A DNA stretch of 40,370 nt from a virus (taxonomy: Duplodnaviria; Caudoviricetes), in the IMG/VR virus record IMGVR_UViG_3300012001_000021, positions 1-40,370 of that record; one strand, given 5' to 3'. Shown piece by piece: positions 1-9,071 of this stretch (position 1 is the first letter of the stretch; each line of letters starts with the position of its first letter). The notes beneath the pieces are model-generated. The model did no database searches, was not told the DNA's origin, and was given only the letters and a program-made list of their open reading frames with translations. The position numbers were made by a program, and so were the translations under genes.

Positions 1-77
1 TTGTTAACAAATATTGCGTATTTGTCGTCCATCTCACTATATTCTTTCGCAGAGATATAAAGATTCTCCATTCTAGT
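1..77. repeat. Terminal direct repeat copy 1 (circular assembly overlap)
   Basis: 1-77 is identical to 40294-40370; the MCP reading frame is continuous across the join. Confidence 0.97.
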
Positions 78-902
78 AAGGGTTAAAGCCTCGCTTGTTG
101 CATCAAACTGAGGAGTCCAGCCAATTACACTACGTGCAACTCCCGCATACTGTGAAGTACCGGTAGTTGATGATAATGCTGCTCTGACACCTGTAAGCTC
201 TGCTGTCCCTGCTCCAGCACTATCTCCATCAAGGATGTAAATAGCTGAACCAGCACTGTTAGCAACTGAGGAGGTAGTATTAACTGTCGTACCTGAAACA
301 GATGCGATAGTTGTTGTACCTGCTGCTGCTGAACCAATACCGATAATTTGTCCTGCGACTAGATACTTATTAGCAGCAATGTCTCCATTGACTGAACCAT
401 AAGTATTAAGTACACGAGTATCATCAATAGCTGAGGATACATTTCGGATTGTGAATGCTGTACCACTTGTTGATCCTGCAACTTCTGAAACGACACCGAA
501 ACCATCTCCGTAGAGCTGTCGGTTAACATTTCTTGCGAAGTCTGAGGCAAGGGATGTAGCTTGGAATGATAAAGCCCTAGCAACGGATTGTTTAGTTGCA
601 CTGGTCGCATCGATAGTCAACTTTTGAATATCGAACGTGCCTGTTAACAGCTTAACCTGCGTATTAGCAGAACCAATTGTTGCACCTCCTGAAACCAGTT
701 TAGAACCACCGTTAGCAAGGTTTGTGACGCCTCCTTGACGGGAAGTACGAATAGGAGCATAGAAAGCATTGTTAAACATTTCAACATCTGCATCCCGCTT
801 CATCTGATCCAGTAAGATTGTTTTCTTAGGAAAGTTATCTTTGACGTAAGGCATGATTACTGTACGTAATGCACCCGAAACGTCGGAAAGTGAAACTGCC
901 AT
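1..902 (-). CDS. Major capsid protein, 5' part (continues at 40293 down to 39951; 414 aa total)
   Basis: Missed by the ORF track. ATG at 902 with SD GAGGGGTGA; reads MAVSLSDVSGALRTVIMPYVKDNF...DFARNVNRQLYGDG...ALTLTR, in frame with MENLYISAKEY; lies directly after the scaffold gene. Confidence 0.9.
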   Translation of the reverse strand, partial: MAVSLSDVSGALRTVIMPYVKDNFPKKTILLDQMKRDADVEMFNNAFYAPIRTSRQGGVTNLANGGSKLVSGGATIGSANTQVKLLTGTFDIQKLTIDATSATKQSVARALSFQATSLASDFARNVNRQLYGDGFGVVSEVAGSTSGTAFTIRNVSSAIDDTRVLNTYGSVNGDIAANKYLVAGQIIGIGSAAAGTTTIASVSGTTVNTTSSVANSAGSAIYILDGDSAGAGTAELTGVRAALSSTTGTSQYAGVARSVIGWTPQFDATSEALTLTRMENLYISAKEYSEMDDKYAIFVN

Positions 903-967
903 ATTATAAATCACCCCTCTTTCCCCTTATATTGTCCGTATTAATACGTAAAGGCATAAAAACAATC

Positions 968-1672
968 CTAGTCACCCATCGTTTCCTTAATGAGATCAAT
1001 AAGATTGTCCTTAGTAGGTTTAACAGCCGGTGGTTGTTTAGACCCTAAGCTTGATTTATCTTCTGTATAGATACCCGGTCTTTTAACAGATGCAAACTGT
1101 TGCTCTTTCCACGCATCTAACTCCTTCTCGTATTTAAGTTTATACGCAAAATTAGGATCAGGGATATTACTCTTACTCATAAAGTCTAATATCTCCTGTG
1201 CATTAAACTTAGGACGTCCGTCTGCGCCGTCTATCTCAGAAGCTAGACCATTAAGCGATTCATTTAGCTTTTCTGCCTGTCGCTCTACAACATAACGATT
1301 CCTGAATTTACTCTCAAAGTCATCGTTAGTAACAACTCCCATTTTATCCTTAAGTAAGGTTTTAGCCTGACTTAGCTCAAGTGCCTGCCTCTCCTCATCA
1401 TTTTGAGGTTCTTTAGGTTCTTTTTTAGGGATTTGACTTTCTAACCATTGATTCTTCTCTTTGCGAAGCTCTGCTAACTCTTGAGTAGTTTTTGTATACG
1501 CCGGCATTAGACTATCAATCTTGGTACTCCACTTAGTCTCTAGGTCTCTACTTTGTTCCCCAAGACCTACTAACTGATTTAGATCGTCTTGACTATACTC
1601 CTTACCGTTGATAGTAATTGCTTGTGGTTCGTCCATTTTCTCTTCTTGTTTTTTATCAAAAAAATCTGACAT
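968..1672 (-). CDS. Capsid scaffolding protein
   Basis: Charged helical protein (ITINGKEY...YTKTTQELAELRKE) immediately upstream of MCP; SD GGAGGAGGTGA. Confidence 0.75.
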   Translation of the reverse strand: MSDFFDKKQEEKMDEPQAITINGKEYSQDDLNQLVGLGEQSRDLETKWSTKIDSLMPAYTKTTQELAELRKEKNQWLESQIPKKEPKEPQNDEERQALELSQAKTLLKDKMGVVTNDDFESKFRNRYVVERQAEKLNESLNGLASEIDGADGRPKFNAQEILDFMSKSNIPDPNFAYKLKYEKELDAWKEQQFASVKRPGIYTEDKSSLGSKQPPAVKPTKDNLIDLIKETMGD

Positions 1673-1726
1673 ATATATTATTATTCACCTCCTCCGCTTC
1701 CTAGTATAGGAACGTAATTTAGTTAC

Positions 1727-1763
1727 AAAAAAGATCACCGCTCCTTATAGGAGTGATGACCTT
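1727..1763 (-). terminator. Terminator-like hairpin inside the scaffold/MCP leader
   Basis: AAGGTCATCACTCC-TATAA-GGAGCGGTGATCTT followed by a T run. Confidence 0.6.
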
Positions 1764-1804
1764 CTGTTCGTCAACGTGGTAGCCCTTCATTGGCTACTTA
1801 GTCA

Positions 1805-1833
1805 ATCGTATATAAGCAAGCCTTACTTGTCAA
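1805..1833 (-). promoter_or_regulatory. Sigma70-type promoter for scaffold/MCP operon
   Basis: TTGACA (1833-1828) N17 TACGAT (1810-1805). Confidence 0.75.
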
Positions 1834-1835
1834 GA

Positions 1836-3164
1836 TTAAAGCCCCATACCCTGTAACATTCTGGTAGGGATAACTGTAGATGTAACAATAGATGCAGCAT
1901 TTATATCTCTTAATGCATAAGCTGCTATAGCCCAGGTTGTAGTAATACCCATACCAGTATAAGACATTGTAACTGCTCCCGCTGGAGTCTTAGGTGCACC
2001 GTTATCTTCATTACCTCCACTTCCTAAAGTTCCTGGTATGTTATTTCTTGAAGTATTTCCTGCGGTAATTGCAGTATCATTTGCAACCACAGCAGCATGT
2101 ACCCAGTCATTATCAGCTACTGTAGTAACAGCAACGGAAGCATCTGTTGCACTTCCTGCATTAGTAGCTTGATTTGAATTAAAGCCCTCGATAGGAGAGG
2201 TTTGATGAACACCGGTATAGGATACCCACTCAACGGCGAACTCAAGCGAGCCAGAAAGAGTTACTGCTAGAGTATTAGCTCCTGTAGCAGGAGCTCCTGA
2301 ATCTGATTGTAAAATACGCCATTGCTCGACCCGCCCAAAACTGGTCACAGTGGACTTAACCCCAACTAAAGTACAAGCTGCTCCCCCGTAAGTCATGGCT
2401 GTAACAGTTACTCCCGCTCCAAGCATAGATACATCCACACATAGGACACGATTTGATCCGTTCCATGAAGCACTCCCCGAATAAGAACTTGCGGCGGCTT
2501 GATCACCTGAGTTAGAAGCAACGTCAAAAGTAATACCAGTTACTGCTGGTTTTACAGCAACTGAGCTAAGAGCCCAGGATTGACCTGAACTAAGAGTAAA
2601 GCCTTGAGTATCTGATCCTGCTGAAGTTTTTGGTCCTTCATAAGTTCCTCTGGCATTTTCATATGATTGATCAGTTAATGTGGCTATAGTTGTTTGACCC
2701 GTACCATTAGCTGAAAATGTAGCCTCCGCAGAACACATAGCCAGAAACCAAGCGTTGTCAGTAACGCTAGTTACTATAGTAGCTGGCCCTGAACTATTCC
2801 CGCTCGTTCCATTCTGAGCATCTGTTGGAGTCGTTTGGTCTACCCCTGAAAGTGAGATACCTATAAGGGCAAATTCCCCCACCGCTCCTGTAACAGTGGC
2901 AACTATATTTGCTATTCCTGCTGTAGGATTTATAAGTCCCCATATTTCCGTTCGATTATTCCCTACCGCCTCGTCAGATCGAACCTTCGTCAGGGCTACT
3001 CCGCCAAACGTAATGCCAGTAACGGGCATATTCGCATGATTAGAATCCTGAGCTGAGGTAAGAACATAGAGCACGCCATTGGAAAGCGAGCCAACTGTGT
3101 GGGATACCGTAATAGTGCCTGTGCTATTTCTCCCCGAGGACGTTGCATCTAAAACAATAGCCAT
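1836..3164 (-). CDS. Putative virion surface protein with two tandem homologous beta-rich domains
   Basis: S/T/G/A-rich; internal duplication (VTGITFGGVALT vs VTAMTYGGAACT; GVDQTTP vs GVHQTSP; TDNAW vs ADNDW). Confidence 0.6.
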   Translation of the reverse strand: MAIVLDATSSGRNSTGTITVSHTVGSLSNGVLYVLTSAQDSNHANMPVTGITFGGVALTKVRSDEAVGNNRTEIWGLINPTAGIANIVATVTGAVGEFALIGISLSGVDQTTPTDAQNGTSGNSSGPATIVTSVTDNAWFLAMCSAEATFSANGTGQTTIATLTDQSYENARGTYEGPKTSAGSDTQGFTLSSGQSWALSSVAVKPAVTGITFDVASNSGDQAAASSYSGSASWNGSNRVLCVDVSMLGAGVTVTAMTYGGAACTLVGVKSTVTSFGRVEQWRILQSDSGAPATGANTLAVTLSGSLEFAVEWVSYTGVHQTSPIEGFNSNQATNAGSATDASVAVTTVADNDWVHAAVVANDTAITAGNTSRNNIPGTLGSGGNEDNGAPKTPAGAVTMSYTGMGITTTWAIAAYALRDINAASIVTSTVIPTRMLQGMGL

Positions 3165-3167
3165 AGT

Positions 3168-3767
3168 TTAAGGAGTTCCTTTAGTAGAATATAAAACAGA
3201 TAGCGAGATAGTCCCTGCTCCTGATAAGACGTTCCAGGTTAATGCACTGTTTGCCGTTCCATAAAAAGAAGGGTAAGGGAAAGGAATAACAGCTCCACCA
3301 GTTGCAGCATATACTCCTCTATTGACTACCTGATTACCACTAGCTTGTAAACCAAATGAGACAACTACATCAGGAGTACCTGAAGAAGCATTAATTATTA
3401 AGTTAGTCGGATAGATACCAGTCCCTGCACCGATTGCTGCAACGAGTGTCCCGATTGTTCCTGTTGAGACAGTTCCTGCCGATAGCACCTGCGTAGCGGG
3501 GAAGGGTTGATTGGTTATAGTACCCGCATTAATCGTCCCAGAATTAACTGTACCAGCAGTAACCTTTACTGACCCATTAGTAAGATTGGAAACTGTAGTT
3601 ACAGTGGTAACTACTCCAACACCAGGGACTGTACCGACGGTTCCGCCATTTGGAACTACCGTGCCTGTATTAAGCGTGCCCCCTGTAAGCGTAAAGGTTC
3701 CGGCATTAATAGTACCCGCCACTAGCGTCCCTATATTCCCAATAATTTGTGTTCCAGAATCTATCAT
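3168..3767 (-). CDS. Gly-Thr-rich putative virion protein
   Basis: 19 GT dipeptides in 199 aa; C-terminus similar to 34013..34549. Confidence 0.6.
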   Translation of the reverse strand: MIDSGTQIIGNIGTLVAGTINAGTFTLTGGTLNTGTVVPNGGTVGTVPGVGVVTTVTTVSNLTNGSVKVTAGTVNSGTINAGTITNQPFPATQVLSAGTVSTGTIGTLVAAIGAGTGIYPTNLIINASSGTPDVVVSFGLQASGNQVVNRGVYAATGGAVIPFPYPSFYGTANSALTWNVLSGAGTISLSVLYSTKGTP

Positions 3768-3774
3768 AATTTAA

Positions 3775-5151
3775 CTATACACCACTCCTTGTTTTCATTA
3801 CAACATCAGTTGAGAATGCTCCTGAAGTAATAACTCCTACATTTCCATTACCACTTGAGTCAGCTACTGATGTACCCGATCCTTCATCAAACTTCCACCA
3901 GGCTCTGTTATTAGCAGGGGCGGGATCTACACCCTCAAAATAGATCTGGTTTATTTGATCTTGAGTAAGCTCAATATTATAAATCCTAAAGTCGTCAATA
4001 TTTGCAAGGAGATGATTAGTATTTGTCGGCGAGACCCCGATATATAAATCAGTAATCGTTAGATTGGTATGATCGGTTAAGGCTCTGTTATAACTTATGC
4101 CTGCATTAAAATAACACTTCTGAGCACCCGCAGCATTCACAGAAATAACAATATGTGTCCATCGTGAATTAAGAATTCTATCGTTTACAGAGCCTAGTGT
4201 ATTATCGGTAGTTCCGCCAATATGGCCATATAAATAAGCGACGCTTGTTGTTCCATTAAAATAGACTTGTACTCCGGTTGCTTGAATTAATCGGGCAAAG
4301 TTAATTGATTGATAAGCAGGAGCTTTAAACCAGAAAGCAAATGAGTAATCAGTCGCCAAGGAGAGAATTGTCCCCGCATTAGCTCTAAAAGATGTAGTAG
4401 CACCATCAAAACTCCCACAGTAACCAAAATCCCTAACTAAGAGGGGAGAACGCATGGGTGTATTGCCCCCTCTCCATTGCGAGTCCTGTCCTACCGTGCC
4501 GTTATATGTTCCTGTATTAGCAAAGCCTGAGGAGTCATTAACGACAGTGCCCGTCCCCTCATCTAATTTCCACCAGCCAACATTGTTACTAGGAGATGGA
4601 TCGGTTCCCTGAAGGTAAATTTGATTGATCTGGTCTTGTGTGAGAGCTGCATCATAGATACGCATATCGGCGGTATAACCCTTAAAGGAAATAGCCCCCA
4701 AAGTCATAGAAGTAGTAGCATCAAAAGTAACTCCACTCTGAATAGTCGTCCCAGCAACTACTCCATTTATATAGAGTAAAATAGAAGTGCCATCATAAGT
4801 CATTGTCACATAAGTCCATTGATTAGCAACGATACGCCCTGATGAAACTAGTTGAGAAGTTCCCTGAGATATACCACCAGCCACAGTATTGGTAGCGGCA
4901 TTATAGTATAAAATCCACGCATTCTTACCAGCTGTTGCCCAATTATCCCGATTAAAGATTCCATATTGGCTCGTAGCAGATTGTGGGTAAATCCAGGTAC
5001 TTAAAGTAATTTGGGTAGTTGGACTCCTCAAGTTAGTCACATTAATAGAAACATTATTATTAGCTCCATTAAAACTGCCTGCATAAGGAAAGTTGCGAGT
5101 AAGAAAACGATTTGAGGCGGTAGTACGTGTTCCAGCGGTTGTACGTGGCAT
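3775..5151 (-). CDS. Tandem LamG/ConA-like domain protein (putative adhesin/spike)
   Basis: ITLSTWI, NQWTYVTMTYDG..LYING, IDDFRIYNIELT, two WWK(L/F)DEG.G...DSSG motifs. Confidence 0.85.
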   Translation of the reverse strand: MPRTTAGTRTTASNRFLTRNFPYAGSFNGANNNVSINVTNLRSPTTQITLSTWIYPQSATSQYGIFNRDNWATAGKNAWILYYNAATNTVAGGISQGTSQLVSSGRIVANQWTYVTMTYDGTSILLYINGVVAGTTIQSGVTFDATTSMTLGAISFKGYTADMRIYDAALTQDQINQIYLQGTDPSPSNNVGWWKLDEGTGTVVNDSSGFANTGTYNGTVGQDSQWRGGNTPMRSPLLVRDFGYCGSFDGATTSFRANAGTILSLATDYSFAFWFKAPAYQSINFARLIQATGVQVYFNGTTSVAYLYGHIGGTTDNTLGSVNDRILNSRWTHIVISVNAAGAQKCYFNAGISYNRALTDHTNLTITDLYIGVSPTNTNHLLANIDDFRIYNIELTQDQINQIYFEGVDPAPANNRAWWKFDEGSGTSVADSSGNGNVGVITSGAFSTDVVMKTRSGV

Positions 5152-5393
5152 TATATCTCCTGTTCTTGACCGACTATATCAGTCATAGACTGGTCAATTG
5201 GAGGAGCCTGATTCTCAATAGTCTTACCTGTATCAAAAGCAGCCATGTAATCTCGCATAAAGGTGTCAAGACCGTCTTTATCTAACCCTACGGCATTGGA
5301 GAGATTTTCTGTATTAGTATTACCTTCCCCAGTTGTATACGTGATAGTCGGTACACCCGTTTTCTGATTAATTGATACTATTTTATAGTTCAT
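5151..5393 (-). CDS. Hypothetical protein
   Basis: 80-aa ORF overlapping both neighbours. Confidence 0.7.
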   Translation of the reverse strand: MNYKIVSINQKTGVPTITYTTGEGNTNTENLSNAVGLDKDGLDTFMRDYMAAFDTGKTIENQAPPIDQSMTDIVGQEQEI

Positions 5394-6073
5394 CTGTAAG
5401 TAATTGTAATCTTAGTTGCAGCAGAAGTAATTATAGTTAAACCAGTTCCGAAAGAGACATCAAAGATATGGTTATAAGGATAGTTCGTACTATCATATGA
5501 GGCAATAATAGTACCACTTGCCGCCGTATTATCATAAATAATAATCGTTCCTGTAGTTCCCCCCTCAATAGTTATTGAGTGAAGCGTACCGGCTCCTGTC
5601 TTGGCAGTTGTAGTTGTAGCCGTTGCAATATAACTAAAAGAGTAAACAGGTTCATTGTTTAATCTATTAGTAGTTAGGTTCTCTCCTGCTAAGAGTGTAT
5701 TTACATTTATCTGCGTATTAGCATTAACGTCTAGTTGACTATCTCCTCGTTGTCCATCAGTTAAAGTCGGAGGAGTAGCATTATAAATACCGCCTATCTT
5801 AATAGGATTACCACTATCTGTTGTACCTGAGGCGACATTACCAACAACCGTCCCCGATGAAACGACAACAGTACCGGCTATAGTAGTTGTTCCAACCGCT
5901 CCTGATAAATCATTAACATAGATTGCCCCTGTAGCAGGATCAAGACTAACAGGCATAACAGGAGATGTACCACCTGTATCTGCCGTTCCCGCTGTACCTT
6001 GTACGCCAAGTAATGAGTAGACTTGATTATTGTCTTGCTGGGAGTTTCGATTAAGAGTGAGGTCTTTAGCCAT
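5390..6073 (-). CDS. Putative virion decoration protein
   Basis: T/G-rich; C-terminal domain (GTIIIYDNTAA...FDVSFGTGL) similar to 34750..35025. Confidence 0.6.
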   Translation of the reverse strand: MAKDLTLNRNSQQDNNQVYSLLGVQGTAGTADTGGTSPVMPVSLDPATGAIYVNDLSGAVGTTTIAGTVVVSSGTVVGNVASGTTDSGNPIKIGGIYNATPPTLTDGQRGDSQLDVNANTQINVNTLLAGENLTTNRLNNEPVYSFSYIATATTTTAKTGAGTLHSITIEGGTTGTIIIYDNTAASGTIIASYDSTNYPYNHIFDVSFGTGLTIITSAATKITITYR

Positions 6074-6354
6074 TAGTATTCCTTTCTGACTCTATCCAAG
6101 TCCTTTTTAACAGGAATCTTAGGAGCAGGCTTTCTAGAGGTATCCTCAGGTTGTCCTTTAGCAAACTCCATACGAGAAATGAGAAGAACGCGCTTACCTA
6201 CTTGTCCGTCAGCCGTACGCATAATTTCTGACTCTAACTCATGAGCTGCAAAGAAATCAGCTAAATCACTTTCAAACGACGGGAGAGATGTCCATGTTAA
6301 AGACGGCTCAAATATAAAAATGTAATCTAGAAAAACATACTTTCTTCTGTCCAT
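6073..6354 (-). CDS. Hypothetical protein
   Basis: 93-aa ORF; TATACT 6 nt upstream of ATG. Confidence 0.7.
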   Translation of the reverse strand: MDRRKYVFLDYIFIFEPSLTWTSLPSFESDLADFFAAHELESEIMRTADGQVGKRVLLISRMEFAKGQPEDTSRKPAPKIPVKKDLDRVRKEY

Positions 6355-6374
6355 AATTTTAGTATAATAGATTG

Positions 6375-6521
6375 TTAATCTTTTCGCATCTCCTTTACTT
6401 TCTCTACTACTTCCCTAGAGTAATTCATAGTTTCAGTTCCCTTTTTCCTAATAGCATCCCCTGTATGCCCACTTGTCTTAGGAGCGTTTTTAGATACTAC
6501 AGGTTGTTTATCCGTTGCCAT
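6375..6521 (-). CDS. Small basic hypothetical protein (48 aa)
   Basis: MATDKQPVVSKNAPK...EKVKEMRKD; SD GGAGGGG; overlaps portal end. Confidence 0.55.
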   Translation of the reverse strand: MATDKQPVVSKNAPKTSGHTGDAIRKKGTETMNYSREVVEKVKEMRKD

Positions 6522-8826
6522 TTGCCCCTCCTTCCGTTTGGTTAGCTTGAGACTGATTTAATTGCTGTTGCTGTAACTGATTCTCCTTCTGAGCCTGGGC
6601 TTGTTGTTGAGCTAATTGCATTACTTCAAGAGCATGCTGGCGTTGGGCTTTTAAAGCTGATTGATTAGTATTAGTATGTTTAACTATCTGATCAGACCCT
6701 GATGGTGATAACGTTTGGGACGGTTGAAAGCCTGCCTCCCGCTCCATTTGCCTTTTAACATCTTCAGGAGCGTCTTTATAATTAATTGATACGGTCTCTT
6801 TAGCAGGTTGTGGTGTAGCCATATTCTTAGCAAGGCCTGATTGCTGCAATGCCTCTAAAACACCTACTTTTGTACTATCGACTAACTTCTGGTCCGCCTG
6901 TGGTCCAACAACCCCTGTATCCTTCATTGCCTCAAGCATAGCAACCTTCATCTGCATTATCTGATCATCCTTCATGCCATCAATTGGCTCGCCTGACTCT
7001 AATGCTTCCATAAACTCTTGCGTTGAACCAAAGTGATAAATCTCTAAAAACTTCTCAGTAATAATACTCATCGCCTGCTTAGTAACCAAGCCTTGTTGCA
7101 TCATAGTATCCATAAACTTAATAATCTCCTGCATGGTTTGTTTTTTACCTGCCTCAGTAAAGCCTATGCCTGACTCAATCTCTATCTTAATTCTTGTATC
7201 CTTTTTAATAACTACACCGTCCATACTATCCATTTTAGCTTTCTTTCTTGCCTTCTGACCTACCTCACCAACAACTTGAAAGTAATCAGATTTCCCTTTA
7301 TTCATTTGATAGACGGTTTGAGGCTGGATGAAATGATTAGCGGCGATATCAAACATTCTCTCAGTTATATGCTTAACCGTTCTTTTCATCTGATCAGTTG
7401 GAATCTTTAAATTATCATACTCTGATGCTTTAAGCGTCTCAATTGCATCCCCTGATCTAACTCCTGTAGGAATTTGATTAAGCGTTGAGACACTAGCCCC
7501 CTGCTCTTCAATATTTCTTTCAAGTAAGTTAATTAACTCAAACATTGAGGCGGGAGCGCCCTGGAGTGGCATTTGTACAGGTGCGCTAGTCTCGTATTCA
7601 ATTTCCTGGGCACTACTGGAGTTAGTTATCTTATAATTCTCTCCCTTACGCTTCATAATAACCCCAACTCCCATAGTATTTGAGTAGCGTTCCAGTCTAC
7701 TCATTAGAATATCAAGAGACTTATTAGCGGGGATAAATCTTTCAATTAAAGGGACTTGATAAAGAGGACCGGGTTCAAACCTAAACTCAGCAAAGGGATA
7801 TCTAGTAAGAGCGGTGTACTTATCATAAAGCCAGACACCACCTGCGGTAAATATCTGTCTAATAACAGTATCTCCCGCCTCTATTTGTTTAAAGTCCTCA
7901 CCTAGATCCTTAGCAACCTTAATAGCATTAGCGCTAGTTAATGGCTCTTTAATAAACGCTTCTCGTAGTTGTAACGTTGCTACTGAGTCAACGGGCATGC
8001 CCGAACCGAAACGAGACTGCATATAGGCTTGTTTTATCTCACTGGTTGCAAACTTGTTATCAGCAGATAGTTTTAAGCGTTGATCCTCATCAAACATCTC
8101 ATTATTACGTAAATCACTAATCAGTCTACTAGCCGTCTTAACGATCATTGGCTCATCCTCTAAATCATCATATTGCCCCATTATCCAGATATCAAAGGCA
8201 TCATAGACTTTTGTTCTAATTTGTTCTTTAGTGTGATCAGGCCAGACTTGAATAAAGGAGATACCATGCTTTGCAGCTAAGATAACCATTTGAACTAACT
8301 TATCTTTTAACTCTTGCTTCTCCCATTCATGCTCTACCCATGCTCCTTTTTGTTGTGCTTCCTTCTTAGCTGAGTCCTGAGCCTTCGTATATGCAGGATT
8401 TTCAACTGAGGGAGGGAGTTGACCATTAGCCTTTTGCGCTAGCATCTGTTGAACATCGGGAGGGAGATTAGCCGTACTAATATCAGGATAAGTGGTTTTT
8501 GAGATAAAGTCAGGATAAATTGTCGGGGTTGGCTCAAACTTTAGCAGTAGATTAGCAACGCCTCTAATTTGCTTTGAGGCTTTAGGAATAGCTCGATTAG
8601 GGGCAAAGGCTAGGTTCTTCTCGTTTTGATCAACTATGCGTCCCGTGGTTCGTGAAACGTATCTAAAATGATACCCGTCATCAAAGAAGTTATTATCATA
8701 CCACCTACGTTCAAACCCCTTACGATTCATCTTAACTAGTTGAACGAATCTATCAACCTCACCGGCTACCTCTTCAGTATCAAGAGTTGAGGTAAAATGT
8801 AAATCTGTCTGTTTATCTTGTGACAT
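6508..8826 (-). CDS. Portal protein
   Basis: 772 aa, downstream of TerL; helical with SGDAIETL-type motif and Q-rich C-terminal tail as in podovirus-type portals. Confidence 0.85.
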   Translation of the reverse strand: MSQDKQTDLHFTSTLDTEEVAGEVDRFVQLVKMNRKGFERRWYDNNFFDDGYHFRYVSRTTGRIVDQNEKNLAFAPNRAIPKASKQIRGVANLLLKFEPTPTIYPDFISKTTYPDISTANLPPDVQQMLAQKANGQLPPSVENPAYTKAQDSAKKEAQQKGAWVEHEWEKQELKDKLVQMVILAAKHGISFIQVWPDHTKEQIRTKVYDAFDIWIMGQYDDLEDEPMIVKTASRLISDLRNNEMFDEDQRLKLSADNKFATSEIKQAYMQSRFGSGMPVDSVATLQLREAFIKEPLTSANAIKVAKDLGEDFKQIEAGDTVIRQIFTAGGVWLYDKYTALTRYPFAEFRFEPGPLYQVPLIERFIPANKSLDILMSRLERYSNTMGVGVIMKRKGENYKITNSSSAQEIEYETSAPVQMPLQGAPASMFELINLLERNIEEQGASVSTLNQIPTGVRSGDAIETLKASEYDNLKIPTDQMKRTVKHITERMFDIAANHFIQPQTVYQMNKGKSDYFQVVGEVGQKARKKAKMDSMDGVVIKKDTRIKIEIESGIGFTEAGKKQTMQEIIKFMDTMMQQGLVTKQAMSIITEKFLEIYHFGSTQEFMEALESGEPIDGMKDDQIMQMKVAMLEAMKDTGVVGPQADQKLVDSTKVGVLEALQQSGLAKNMATPQPAKETVSINYKDAPEDVKRQMEREAGFQPSQTLSPSGSDQIVKHTNTNQSALKAQRQHALEVMQLAQQQAQAQKENQLQQQQLNQSQANQTEGGANGNG

Positions 8827-9071
8827 TATTGTATTGCCTTAATTGCCTCATCAAACTCTTCATCGGTTGCTGACTCTAGGGACTTATACTCAGGTACTTC
8901 CTCCTCAGTCTCTTCTTGCTTATCAACTAACTCAGCTCTACTTACCTCATCTAGCGTATTAGCTTTAATCATGCGAAGTAAGTCCTTACGCTCACTCTTA
9001 TTAACCTCTTCACGATAAAGAAGCGCAAGCACTAAAAAAACAATAAGACCTATTAAAAATATATCATTCAT
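8826..9071 (-). CDS. Small protein with N-terminal TM helix
   Basis: IFLIGLIVFLVLALLY followed by an acidic tail. Confidence 0.7.
   Translation of the reverse strand: MNDIFLIGLIVFLVLALLYREEVNKSERKDLLRMIKANTLDEVSRAELVDKQEETEEEVPEYKSLESATDEEFDEAIKAIQ

Noticed and set aside
1-77. 77-bp repeat as biological terminal repeat or att site
   Set aside because: It falls mid-gene and equals a common assembler k-mer length
125-610. ORF-track ORFs 125..337 and 359..610
   Set aside because: They are alternate-frame shadows of the MCP gene (902..1)
3775-5151. Internal LamG duplication as a DGR template/variable repeat
   Set aside because: No reverse transcriptase is present, and the similarity looks like ordinary protein-level duplication
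6375-6510. Possible stop-codon readthrough extension of portal
   Set aside because: The downstream frame is a separate 48-aa ORF with its own ATG (6521) and SD
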